A stretch of 64,000 nucleotides of DNA from Botryllus schlosseri. Its lineage: Eukaryota. Below, piece after piece: positions 1 through 14,536 of this stretch. The notes beneath the pieces are model-generated. The model was not told the DNA's origin, searched no databases, and worked only from the letters and a program-made list of their open reading frames with translations. A program made the translations under genes and the position numbers. Each line of letters starts with the position of its first letter. Position 1 is the stretch's first letter. The stretch is from assembly GCA_051294905.1 (NCBI GenBank), contig CM119372.1, positions 620,001-684,000 on the forward strand. The letters run 5' to 3'.

Positions 1-535
1 TTGAGAACCACTGTTTTGAACCATTTATAGTTGACTGTTTACGGCAGACTTGTACAATCTACCAATTTAGTTAGTCGACGGTTAACTAACCAATGTTTTT
101 TGGCTAGTTCTAGTTCTAGTTACGGATTTTACAAGGTGACTAATTCTAGTTGTATTTGCGCATGTAAAAAAATAATCCAGTCGCAAAATAACACATGTTG
201 TGTTTTGGCGTGATGTTCATGCAGCCATTGCTAGCTAACAGTTATCGCTACTAACATTGGTTAGGGGTAGGTTTTGGGGGTTGACGCCCTGATTCTGACA
301 AAACAAAAATTAATGATCTGCTTAGGAATCTGCTCAGTTGTTTTTTTATTCAGATAGTTGCGGACTGTTATAGGTCCTTAGATGTAGTTCTAGTTGCGAG
401 TTTTGAAAAGTGACTAGTTCTAGTTCTAGCGGTGCATTTCAAAAAATCCAGAAGTTTGTACAAATCTGGTACAAACGGTTAAAATTTGGATTAGAAACAC
501 ATGTTTGGACTGATTACTACCGCTAGCAAACTCAC

Positions 536-3500
536 CTTCCGCCGGTTGCCAAAAGATAGAAATACTATTCGAAGTGACGTCTCTTTCACGAACTGCCGTT
601 GGAGACGCAGGCACTTTGAAAAAACCAAAAATATGATGATTTCAAAAACTCTAAAGGGTCATAAGTTTGCTGTAAAAGGTAACCCACGCGTATTTTCAAT
701 CACTACATCACTCGAGATGCTGAGTCCGCTTCTCCCTTCTGCGCTGACCGTAATTTCATAGCTAGTGCCGGTTTCCGGTAATGTCATCACAAGGAACGGC
801 TCGGTCGTGGTTTCGCGGACATTGCGTTCCGTTTTGGTCCCAAGAGGGGTCCAATTTGCGGTGACCACGTAACTGACTGCCCCCCTCACCAGCAACCACG
901 AGATTCGCATCGAATTTGGCCCCACCTCTCCAACCTCCCTGATCGTTGGTCTGGCAGGAACTAAAACGCAGAGATTTATTATTTTAAAATCCATCAAGTC
1001 ATGTGTAAAAGCCAATAGTTTCGAGCGAGTGGCACACTAGCAAAATTATAAAATGCTCAAGGCACACTTACAGAACAAAATATTTACAAAAAATATTCAG
1101 ACGACGCAACAATGCCGTCTAGAATAGGATGCCGCAAGCTCACGAGCACGACGGCTAGATTAGAAAAACTATACGAATCACCGCATGAATCACTAGTCAA
1201 AGGAAACCCACTGGTATCAACGTTGATGGCTTGACTTTGGTCGCTTCTGTCTCCGCTGGTTCCGATTGCGGAAACGCGGAACGAATACGAAGTCCCGGCT
1301 CGTAGATTTCTCGCGACAAACTGGAAAAATGAATTTTGGTTTAATATGATAAGGCGATGAAAATACGAAAAATAATTTTTTGCCTAAAAAACTGAAAAGA
1401 GTTATCGTTCAAAACAGTATTGCGACGAAAATACGAAAACTCATTAATTTTGCAACAAAAACTGAAGAGAGTTCAGGTTGAAATCGATATCGTGGCGAAA
1501 AACTCGTTATTTCTTGTAAAAAAATCAAGACTTTGGTTCATAACGCTACCGCACTGAAACTTCGAAATCTCACTATTTCTTGCAAAATACTGAAAAAAGA
1601 GTTTCAGTCAAAAACAAGGAAAATACGAGAACTTCTTTTTTCTTGCAATAAAAACGGAAAAGAGTTTCGGTTCAAAACGATATCGCGAGGAAACAATGAA
1701 AACTCGTTGTTTCATGCAAAAAAAGAAAAAACAGTTTCAGTTCAAATCGATTTCGTGATGATACGACGAAAACTTATTATTTCATGCAAAAAAAACTGAA
1801 TAGTCTTGGTTCAAATTGATATTGTATTTGCAAAAAATGAAAAGAGTTTCGTTTCAAATGACTCATTCACCGTTTCCTCGTCCGTTCTGAAAGTGTCGAT
1901 GTCGTCATCCAGGGCAATCACAGAGACGACGTATTCTCTGGCACCTGAACAGGAAAAGAAATAAATTCGGGCTCAAAGAAGACAAAACTTGCGATTTACC
2001 AGACACTCGTTTCCACGACAACGTCACAGTTGAGTTGTTTACGGAAATGACTTCAGGTTTCTGGGGCGTTGCGATGCCTAAATGGGGAATGCAAACAATT
2101 AGACACAAAGACAGATCAATGCTTCCCAACCACTGGGCCATTCCAAATGTGACTGATTTCTAGAGCTTCTTGGAGGTACAGGACTGCAACATGCAATTGA
2201 ATAGTACTTTCATATTGAAAAAAAAGTTGAATATTTTCGCCTCACGCAAGTCAGGGGTAATTGCCATCAATTAATTGGAAATAACATTGTATATCAACGA
2301 TCGTATCATAAAATATCACAAATTTCATGCCGGTGACATCAGGTTTTGTGATACGATTGTTGTTGTCCAATGTTATTTCCAATTCTCTACTAGTTGCTGA
2401 CGATTACCCCTGACGAGTGTCAGCCGAAAATATTCGGTTCATTTCAACATGAAAATATTATTCACTTACTGTTTTCTGTTCAATATCTCATAGAGGGCTG
2501 GTTTTGGTGGTCAATGAATGCCAGCAATCTTGTTATTAATATTGCTGTAATCTTCTGGGAGCAAATAAAAAGCATGTGGGCATGGTCACAAACTGACGTG
2601 CGGCGGTTATTCAAAATTAGGTGTACCACAATTTCAGGTATTCCTGGATATTCTCCGAGGAATCCAATCTTGACCAATTCCCACCCATTGAGATGAAGTT
2701 ATAGGCTTCGAAAATTGTAGGTTGTGGTAAACTCTATCACAATTCTATCAAATCCAAAAATTTTTACTGCAATAACTTCCACGGGTTGTAATTGAACCAA
2801 ATTTTGTTATGCATCGTTATGTTTTTAGACAACGGAACAATTTCATGGGGTAGGCAGTAAAATTTGGAAAAAAAAAATTTTCTTCTATAGAATGACTCTA
2901 AACTTTCTTCCTCTACTAGCTTCGCTCGCTTGGAAATGAGTCAAGTTCAAGGTACAAAGTTTTTTTGGGCAGGCTGACCATTTTACCAAACAGCTAATAA
3001 AATTAGAGAAGTTTCTTTTTCTTTTCGCACAACCCTAAAACACTGACAATTTTGTCCAACAAATCTTACCTGTGGTAGCGACAATAGGGTCGCTCTCTTC
3101 ACTTCTGGCGCCGTTAGCTGCGATCCCGACAACAGAAAACGAATATTGCTTTCCAGGCGTGAGGTTCTCTACAATAATCTGCGTTTGAGAGGTCTCCAGC
3201 GTTTGTACGAGCAAGTTGTTGGTTCGAACTGCAACCGAGTAACGAACGGAGCCGGCCGACGCGTTCCAAGACAACGTCACTGATTGGGATTCCGTTGATA
3301 TGATAACCAGCCCGAGCACAGCGGAGGATACTGAATACAAATCAAAACTTAATTATCATGTTTATCATGTTCATTAATTGAAACAAATAGGAGTTGATGC
3401 TTCATAATTTGCTTGTATTTGTATTGTATAATTTTGCTTCTTATCCATTATGACAAACGCATAGGTACCGGTACATCTGACTTCGCATAGAGCTTATCTT

Positions 3501-6500
3501 AAAATGTCACCGTTACGCCACATTTTTCCATATCGGAATTTATTTGAATCGCTATTTCAATGTAAAATCAAACAATATATTGATATTGAAATGGACCTGA
3601 ATAATTTCGGCTGACACTCCTCAGACGTAATGAGCGGCAACTAGTAGAGAATTGAAAACAACATTGTGTATCAACAGATAAAGTGCAACGGATGTAGTCT
3701 TGAATGTGAAATTCTTTTCTTAAACCCACCCGTTTGCAGTACGAGCGGATCAGAAAACTGCGTATTTAATTTTCCGTTTTGTCCGACCGATTGCACTTTG
3801 AATTCGAATTCCGTGCCGGGCGGCAATTCCGAGAGCGTTAGCTGAAAAGCAACCGTTTAGCTTTTTCTCTTAGATGACGTCACGAAAAAAATACCCGGTT
3901 CAGCGTCGTTTCAAAGACGGCTTCTTCGTCGATAGTCAAATCTGCGACGGTAACAAAATATCCAGCGGCACCTGTAAAAAAATGTGTCGTAAATATAGGG
4001 TTACCATATTTTGAGGACACTTTGTTCAAATCGCCAATCAATGAGATCTGACTAGAATTCGAGTGATGAAAAATTTTGACTGGAAATACGGTTGTTTTGA
4101 CAAAAAATAAAAATGGACGCCCGCTCTAAGCATATGTTTTAGTCAGTCATGCATTTCCTGACGTCGAAATTCACTTTTCGTGTAATTTATGGCCTTTTTC
4201 AGTTCTGCCTGTACAATCGCCTGGATGTAAAAGCTATATAGGAGGACGAATTGCAGAAAAGGACAACATTTGGGTGTCCTCGAAGGACATTTTCCATTTC
4301 ACGAAAAATGAGGATATCACAAATTATAAAAGCTAGTTCTACAATACATTAAACATCATTTGATCATTTTCAACTAAATCTATTTCATCGCACCATCGCA
4401 GAAATGTTATTTTCACTAACATACGCGGCTTTGAGTTTTAGATGCAGTGATACAATCAATAAAAATTTTCAGGCTTCCACATTGGAAAAAAAAACATTGA
4501 AACTTCTTCTTGATAATATTACCATTAGAGGGAAGATGTGTAAAATTCAGTGCTCGAATAAAATTATCTCTTGCTCCTTGAATAAAACCATTACAATGAA
4601 TGCTCGGATAGGATTTGATAACTCGAGATGTAATTCTGCCGAGGTCGTAGCGGGAGCAACAACTCACCATTTGCGGGCTCCCAAGTCACGGTAATCGTGG
4701 TTTCCGTGACGGTGACAGCCTCCAGGTTACGTGGTACGGACGGCACTTGAAAAAAGTAGTTATGATCAAAAAAAGATTGAATGCAATCTCAACAGACTTG
4801 TACAAACAATTTTAGAAATACACAACACGAATTAGAACTAGAACTAACGATCCTTCAAAATCCTAAACTATCTAATAAAACAAGATTCAGTTCCGAAGCA
4901 ACTAAGAACTGATAATACTAGAGCCCGACCGATATTGGATTTCTGAGCCGATACCGATAAGACCGATATATTCAGCCGATATTCAAAAGATATGGAATCT
5001 AGCTCAAGGCCCATATTTAACACCTCAGAGCATTTATTTCAACAACTTTACAGCCATTGATATGCTTGAACATGAAACAAATGATCTAGGGGCTATAAAA
5101 ATATATCAAAAGCACCAATGCAGCAGTTGCAGATTACAGTTCACGAAGCACAATTTCTCGACCCTTTCTCCAAGGAGTGAACTTCTGTGGTCTTCCATAA
5201 ATGATGTATATAGTACTAAACACAGTTTCACAGTTTCACTTGGTACCATAGTTAGTGGCACAGCAAGAATTGGAAATCTTTCTTCATTTTGGTACCACCG
5301 CTCCCTTGCAGGGGATCTTTCCTTCAATGGTTTCACCAAATATTGATATTAATATTGATATTCTTCTGGCAGTGCACCTGGAGCCTTCAGCACATCATTA
5401 ACAAATAGCTGAAGAGAATGTGCAAAACAACTGAAATTGTCCACGTCTGCAACTGCTCCACCCATCCCCCTTGGGCCTTGACCGTCCATGACCAGCATTT
5501 CAACAATCAATTGATCAATATTTTACGCTCTTTTGTCAGAATTGGCCAATGTCATCATGGAATCAAAAATTTTCATATCAATTATTGGCTTTACTCCACG
5601 TTTGCTTGATTTTCTTGTCCTCTATGCTCGCATATTTCCTATCATGGTGTCCCGCAGGCCTCAGTCTGACGACTCCATGCATTACTGGTATAATTAGCTC
5701 TGTTGGTACCGAACCAATAGCACTATCTTCAGAGAAATGTTTCGACGCGACGCTTTTCTCTATCATCACAAGGGTCAGTCCAGCATGATTGAAGTTCTCA
5801 TTTCTCTTACTGATTGAAATCTTCCGCAGACAACTATCCTTCCAGCTGCTACCTGTCTTTGGTGATCGATTACTGCAGGGGGATTCCCACGAAGTCAGTG
5901 GGGCGTAACGGTGGTTAGTTATCTATAATATTTTTGGATAGGCACGCCTACTGCCGGTATGCAGTATGCACTACATGCAGCTTGGCAATTTATTTTTATA
6001 ATTTACCGTCCTCACGTCTTCTATCGACTTCTCTTGACTCCCTTCCACCATGTTGTGACGTCACGAAAATGGCCGATATTTTTTTACCTTCAATGGCCGA
6101 TACCGATATTTCTCTCCAAGCGTGATATCGACTCGATATTATCGGCGAGCCGATAATCGGTCGGGCTCTAGATAATACCAATTACTCATTATAGCAACTG
6201 ACGTCAGAAATGTTGGAGATAGAATTGGGGTTTCAAAACGGCGCGTTTTGAGTTTGAAATGGAGAAGGTTTCGACACCCAAAACCCACCCCTGGCTACCC
6301 CACTGTTAGTACTGATGACTCTGAACTAGCAATGGCTGCGGAACATTACACAATAGAACAACGTTATCATGATTCACATCAAACGACAACGCGTGTTTTT
6401 TAGTTGTTCTGCAAACTATTTTTTTACTGCGCAACTAGAGCTAGAACTAGAACTGCTCAATTTTCAAAATCTGCAAATAGAACTACAACTAGAACTACAC

Positions 6501-9500
6501 AAAAATCAGTAGTAAGTTTTTCATGAAAGAAATGAATTGGTAGCTTGTACAAGGCTGCATTTTAACGAGACTCACATGTTTGTGATGTCACTGAGGCGCT
6601 CGGAGCGCTTTCCTGACCATCAGAGCCTACAGAGACGACCGACATCGAATATTCCCAACCAGAGTCCAAGTTTTCTACCATGAAGCTGAAACAGACAAAA
6701 AATATGTCACAAGTTAATCTGAGTTTCTGAAAATCAAGCGTATTTACCTTGGAACGATCGAGTCAAATACGATGCTTTCTTCAGAACCAGATTTTACGAC
6801 CAGGACTTTGTAACCGGTAGACCCTGTCGGAATATAAAACTCGATAATTGGCTAGCATTATGAAATTTGGGCTGAAAACAATGATTCGAATACTCAAATT
6901 CGAGTCGGGTATCAGTTGGAATGACTCGAATCACGCAGTAGCACTAGGCACAACGATTCGAGTACTCTATCATTTGGAGTCGAGTACGGAGTAAGAAAAT
7001 ATTCCGTCTTCACACCTGGAGTAACATATGAATACTTTTCAATACTCCACCATTGGAGTCTCAAATCCCGGGTAGATCCAGAATTATTTTGGATGCCAAG
7101 CAACTGTGCCGCAAAAAAGAGACATCTTTGAAAGTCTCAAGTCATTATTACCAAAAAAATATCTTTGAAGAAAATTTCGAAATTTTCAGAAGTCTACATT
7201 ATAATATGTGCTACTTAAATCCTTGAGTCGCAATCGAATCACTCAGATACTTGATTTTGCCCGAAATATAATTAGAAAAAGAGCAAACCTTCGGTAGGAA
7301 GCCATGAAAGAGAGATCGAATTTGTTCTGATATTTTCAACCAACAGATTGCTTGGTCCTTGAGGTTCTGGAAACAAATCGACGACGTTTGATTACAAATC
7401 ACAACCGAAATAAAAGAAATCAATTCAGATTATATTTAATAAGAATTTGATGAATATATTATACAGTAGGGTTGCTCAAAGATAACTTTATTTGCGGATT
7501 CCGAGGATTCACTGATTACATCGTTACGTTGCATAAAAATAAACGTTGTACACCAAATTTGGGTGAATTCCAACTCGTAAAGTACTGGAGTTTCATTATT
7601 TTGAATTTATCATTAAAAAAAATTTAAAAAATTTCCAATTATACTGACAACCTCATGAAATTGTTGCGTTGTCTACAAAAACGATGCAAACAAATTCCAC
7701 GCAATTCAAAGTTATTTCAGTTTCAATAATTATTCAGGGATTACCCACCGTTAATGCTATTTTAACAAATCCAAAATTTACAACTGCACAACTTCTACCG
7801 GATGGAAATGAGCAGAAATTGTTAAGCATCGTTCTTTTAGACATCAAAACAATTTCCGTGGTTCACAGTAAAACACTGAAAAAAAATTGTTTTCAATTTT
7901 TTTATGATAAATTCAAAATATTGAACCAGCTTGACATATACCAGTTAAAATTGAGCCAAATTTGGTGTGCAAGTTTTCTTTTAGTCAAGCCTAACAATTT
8001 AATCAGCGAATCCCTTTGAACAACCATAACATACAGCGTTTTGTATGACAAAAGCAAATTTTATAAAACAGTAAACTACAATGCAAGAAAAATCAATCTA
8101 CATTAAACTATATATGATATAGAATGCAACAATACGACTCACTGGTTATTTGGATGACCGGACCGGCCCTCGCACTCTCCCTGCCACTTCTGCCCACGGC
8201 CGAAACATACAGGCGATACGTAGTCCCTGCTTTGAGTCGGTCGACGGAATGTTGAGTCGCCTCGACGTCGTCCGATCGCAATAATTTTCCTGACTCGTCT
8301 TCGGTATGGACTCGATAAAACGCGGCACCTGGTTCGAGAAATTTTGTTTCGCTAAAAATTCAAACTCGCTCACAACCACTCTTGGGCAACTAGACGCTAT
8401 TCCAAATTAGATTATAATAAGAGCGATAGCTACACAGTTTTTTCAAATTATATTACAATTAGAATGATAGCTACAGTTTTTCCAAATTAGACTACAATTA
8501 GAATGTTAGCCACACAGTTTTTTCAAATTAGATTAGAATTAGTTAGAATGACAGCTACACAGTTTTGTTCAAATTAGATCAGAATTAGAATGATAGCTAC
8601 ACAGTTTCTCCAAATTAGACTACAATTAGAATGTTAGCCACACAGTTTTTTCACATTAGATTAGAATTTGTTAGAATGACAGCTACACAGTTTTGTTCAA
8701 ATTAGATAAGAATTAGAATGATAGCTACACAGTTTCTCCAAATTAGACTACAATTAGAATGTTAGCCACACAGTTTTTTCAAATTAGATTAGAATTAGTG
8801 AGAATGACAGCTACACAGTTTTGTTCAAATTAGATAGGAATTAGAATGATAGCTACACAGTTTCTCCAAATTAGACTACAATTAGAATGTTAGCCACACA
8901 GTTTTTTCAAATTAGATTAGAATTAGTTAGAATGACAGCTACACAGTTTTGTTCAAATTAGATAAGAATTAGAATGATAGCTACACAGTTTTGTTCTATA
9001 TAAATAGAATGATCTAGTTGTTCAAGTCTTGTTCAAAACTCACCGTTTGATTCTTTCCAAGAGATCTGAATCTGCGACATGGCGACGGAACCCACAGTGA
9101 TATCAGACGGGGGCAGCGGAACTGTGGAACAGAGAGAGAGAGAGGATCTTTATTTGTCAGTACATGTAAATCAGACTTGCGCAAACTATTGGTTATTCAA
9201 AACTCACAACTAGAATTAGAACTAGAACCACTCACTTTTCAAAACTCGCAACTAGAACTAAGGGTGGAGCCCAATTTCTCTGCTGAGTAGCGATTCTCTA
9301 CTCAGCAACGATTTCGTTACTCAACTCACGCCAAAAAGTATACTCACACTCAAATGCGTCCAGATCGGCACTCAAATCTAAGTCAGCGCACCACCAGACT
9401 TAAGTGTCAATTTTCACGGTCGAGCAGCCAACTGCAGGCAACACCCGCCAAATACCGTAGTACCGGTACTGTCGTATATAGCTGATATAGGTACACTATT

Positions 9501-12500
9501 TCGTGATGTGAGGTTCTGCTGAGCGAATGAAATCAGTGGCGCTTGGACGGATGTTGTGTTTATAATTATATTTGTAATCATCTTGTACCCTTTCGACTTC
9601 TTGTCGTACGGCATCCCGGTATACCGGAACGGTAACTTTTGCAGTCTCAATGCGCTAGCATCCCCCCCGCCGTCGTCGTTCTTACGGCGACAAAAAAGAC
9701 CCGACAAAGAGAAAGCACTCACAAGGAATGGAAAGAACTAGAAAGGGACGTGGCTTCAAAAAGATCAACATCGAAAAGTACTGTGACATCGGGCACTCTA
9801 GGCCGAGGTGGATGTCAGTATAAAAAAAGATCGCAACTGCGTGTCGTTCGATATCCTCCTATCTGTTCATTACATCGCATTGTGTCTTATCGCATTGTAC
9901 ATTGTGTGTGACTTGTTCAGATGAATAATATAGCTTAACGATTATTATTATTACGCATGCTCTTTCCACAATTAAATAGATGAAACATCTTGAAAAGACC
10001 CTCAGCAGATAGAGTTCCAGGTACTATCAGGGTTAGGATGAATTAAGTCGCTATACCTTCAAGCCAGTTTAGACGATAGCAGCAATAAGATATTGGAAAT
10101 AGGAGATACTGGATATTTAAGGGAGAAAATGTCGGGTGGGTCTAGCTATATCGGGAAATTGAATGGTAGAGGGGCAAAGTGAATGGTTCAAAGAGGAGCT
10201 TCAATTGGAAAGAAATCCTGGAAATATGTTAATTTTTCAATTTATTTTCACGATATAGATGCATTCTTTTGTTATTTCAGGCCTGCACTTACGTGTTCGC
10301 CTGCTGTGAAACTTATCTTTATATATTTCGAATGGGGTTGTAGCGTCTTGCAAATATACTTCTGTGGGGGATAGGAACGTTCCGGGTATCTTCAAGGATT
10401 TATATATTTCTATTGGGTCATCTTCAAAGAGTGTGGATCAGCTGAGGCTATTCATTGCATTTAGATATATCAGTGAGAAGTGCGTCTAGTTTTTACGTCA
10501 GTGACGAAATAATGACGACAGCGTCGTGTTGTCATGACAAAATCGTTCACGCGTGTCCGGTCGAAGGCGAAAAAAATCTGGCAACGCTATCTTGGAAAAC
10601 GACGTCTGGAAATCGATACTTAACTGAGTAGAGAGAATTGGCGCGCACTCAACGCTGAGTACCAATCGATTTTTAGTTGAGTGGAGATTCGCATTTAAGC
10701 AGTACTTAGTTGAGGAGAAGAATTGGGCTCCACCCTAAATCAAGAATGAGCTACTAATAAGAATTCGCAACTAACTACCTAAACACGACTAACCAGAATC
10801 AATTATAAAGCAATCATCGTTATCCATATTCAACTGATCGAGAACGTACCGGTTTGAACTTGAATTCTGGGGCTTTCCTTGCTGGGTTTGCCCCCGACCC
10901 CCTTCGATCTGACAGAGAATGCGTACACCCCTCCTGGGAGCAGCCCCTCCACTTTGTATTCCGTGTCTCCAGTGACGATACTCCTCATCACGTCATCCTC
11001 CGATGACGAACGGATTACGATCGTGAATGTTGACGCCCCTGAAACAGATTTTTCAATAAATATTATACATAAGAGTTATTCAAAAATATCTTCAGTACTC
11101 AAAAAAACGCTGCACACCCAATTCTGTTCATTTTCAACCAATAAAAGCAAAATTGAGTTGAAAAAATTTTAATGTATGTAAGAAATTTTGAAAAATTCCA
11201 AATTTTACTGGCAACATATATGATTCGAAAAAAATAGTATTTACAGTGGGAAATTGTTCCATTATTATTATAAATTATAGAACCGGGAATTGAACCAAAT
11301 AGAACAGCGAATACAGCGCGATAAATACACAAGATATAAACTTCATGGATGGACGATCCGGGATGGCTGCAATAGCCTGTAAAATTTGAAGAAAAAAGTT
11401 GTTTTCGATCATCCCTCCTTCACATAAATTGAATAGATAAATTTAACAACATAAATTTGACGAGATAAATTAACAATATATTTTCTAATATATGAATAAT
11501 AAAAAATTCAATGTACTCACCTGTGACCTGTGACCAACGTAACGTGACGCTCGTGCTCGTCACTTCCTCAACGACAACTTCCTCCGTTGCCGCTGGAACT
11601 GGAAATGAGGAATAAAAAGCTTTATACTCGATTTTTCGATGAGTGCACGATAAGGAGCCTAACATTAACATTACTGTGCAGTGTGCACATAGACAGTGCT
11701 CATATTGGAACATGTTCAGATTTAGGATCAAGGAAGAGAACCCTTGCTTACACTCCTACGGTGGGGCAAGGATCTTGATTTATATTGTATCCATGGCTCG
11801 AATCAAGATGGTGGTTTAAGAGGCCACAATAATAACATTATGAAATTGTTGCACCATTAAAGTAATTCTTATATCGCGGATTTACTGTGATTTTAGCAAC
11901 TGTAAAGGACAGCAATTGATGAACTGAATATAATTAAAAACCTTCTAGACCTAGATCCGAATCGGATACAGAGTCGGAATATTGACATGAAAAAGTAAAA
12001 TTTGGATCAATCGCTCAATCACACCAACCCTGTTAGACTATACCACAATACCTGTGTAATGTCGCAGAGTTTCGCTGGGACTGGACCTTCGTCCACTGGT
12101 GCCGACGCCCAGGACATCGATTTCGTGACTCAAACCCGGAGTCAAGCCGTCGATCCTGAAATCGGTCGCCACAGAAACGAGTTGCCGCATATTTCCTCCC
12201 TGACTCGTGACTCGAACCTCGTAAAACTTCACCCCCTGTCCTGGGCCCCACTCGATCGATATCCAGGTCGTTCCGGTTTTCGTCACGACCACGTCGGACG
12301 GGGCATCCGGCTCTGGTGGCAAAATAGTTTTTAGATTTCAAAAATGCAGGGTAAGGTTTTATATCAAATTTTACTGCAAAAAAACGATAAACCCCAAATT
12401 TGATTCAATTCCAACCGTAAAATAGTAGTTATAAGCGTAGAATATTTTAGATTTATGACTGAAAATACAAAAAAAATATTTTAAAATTTCACTGTCTACC

Positions 12501-14536
12501 CTATAAAATTGCTAGGTTGTCTGAAAATGCTGCATAACAAATTTGACTCAATTCCAACGCGTAGAAGTGAGATAATCGGAAATTTGGGAATCGAAAGAAA
12601 CATTATTTCTATCATTAATAATTATTATCATTATTGTAATTGCCTACAGTAAATACCATTTCTATAAATCCATTATTTACCATTGTTCATGTCAGTATTG
12701 CCGCCACAAACACTATTTCTTTCTGATCCAACATCCAACATTATTAATGATAGAATTCCCTCTTGAAATACAATATTTTTCTATTGAAAAATCCAACATT
12801 TTAAAATAATGATGGAATTTCCCCTAGTAGGCTATATACTATTTTTTCAAATCCAAACTTTTACACTCCAATTACTTCTCTTCTATAGGTTGGAATTGAG
12901 TCAAATTTGTTATGCATCGTTTTTTAGGTGAATCTGACCGGATTTCATGGGTTTACTTTTCACTATTATTCAAATGGTGTGCGTCGTTTTATTTTTAGCC
13001 AACCTACCAATTTTATCGACCAGGCAGTAAAATTTGAAAAAAATCGGGTTATTTGCAGCCAAGTTATTATAAGCCGCCAACCTGTTTGGTCTCGAACTGA
13101 TTCGCTGAAACGCGACGCTCTTTGCATCGGTCCGACGGCCCCCACTCTCATTTCGTACCAGATTCCAGAAGACAGCCCCGGTATCGTGACCCCTTCTTGG
13201 GTGACCGTGATTTGTTTGTTTGTTTCGTCGTCGCCGGTAACGTCAACAATGTACTTCAGCGCCCCTGCAACGCAAAGTTCAAATCAGATTTGGACAACTG
13301 GAAAAATTTAATCTAATTTTTAATTTCGAATAAACTGAGTAGCTATCATTCTATTTCTCCAACTCTGGTTGGCAGGTAGCTGCTATTGCTACATAATTGT
13401 TACTTTTATCGATAATCTACTTTTGACATCTCTAATTTACTGACCTCGGACGGAATTCCACTTGAGATCGATGCTCGATGACGTTACATCAACTATTGTG
13501 ACTCCATCAGGTGGCGAAGGGTCTGCAGAGAAAACGTGAGTGTGAGGAAAACAAAATAGATCGGGCATCTGGGGTGATGGGGTATAGCACACTCATTATT
13601 CTCCTCTAGAACGATATTTTTCAGTTGCACAATGCCGTAAATTCAGATTTCGATACGATAGGAAACGTTACCAAATACTGCACTATACACATCCATTTCT
13701 TGTTTGAGATGAAAAAGCTTTACCATTTCGGAAACAAGCATTAAAATAACTTACTCGTTCTGCAGAATTCGAATAATGCAGCGAACAATACATTGATATT
13801 TTCAAATTTATTTACTATAAGCTTTTCACCAGTAAATACAAGGATTGCAACTCAAAATTTAAAAATGATCATGATAGCATGATGCATAATGGCAAAAGGT
13901 AATTACTAATTAGTATTATGTCTTAGGCTATATATATATATAAAATAGGTAATTTGTATTCGTCCTGCCATTTTCTGTTAAAACAATGTTAACATAAATT
14001 GACTTAGAAAGGTAGAGAAATGAAAATAGCAAATTGCCATGCAAAAATGGTGATTCCAAATACCCACGCTCAATGTATATTTGTGATACGGTTATTGATA
14101 TACAAAGTTATTTGCAATTCTCACTAGTTGCTGACGATTACACCTCACAAGTGCCAGCCAAAAATATTCGGATTATTTCAATATCAATATACTATTCAAA
14201 TGATATCTGTGACCGAATTCTATATCACTGGCCTTACCGATGACGAAAATGACGCTGAGCATAAGAACTTACAAGTGGCTTCCGATATCACTTCAGACGA
14301 CTCGCTTTTTCGTCCTCGCCCACCGACAGACACCACAAAGATGGAATACAAGCTGCCGGATCGCAACCCTGACACCGTGTGTTCCGTCGTTTGAACGTCT
14401 TCCGTCCTACGGTTTTCATCACCTTCTTCTTGTATAATAACCTGGTACGATTTCATTCCTGGCACCGGCTCCCAACGTACGCCGATTGTCGACGTGGTGA
14501 CCCCGGCTGTTCGAACACCCGTGGGTGCAAGAGGTG
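536..14536 (-). CDS. FN3 domains 23-32 (last partial): exons 14273-14536, 13445-13522, 13082-13264, 12052-12312, 11521-11598, 10850-11038, 9044-9121, 6748-6823, 6576-6685, 4668-4745, 3895-3971, 3730-3841, 3070-3330, 2000-2077, 1871-1944, 1212-1320, 688-960, 536-613
   Basis: GT-AG boundaries, compatible phases, FN3 motifs. Confidence 0.9.

Noticed and set aside
8400..9000. CRISPR-like regular array
   Set aside because: No unique spacers; it is a plain higher-order tandem repeat in a eukaryotic intron.
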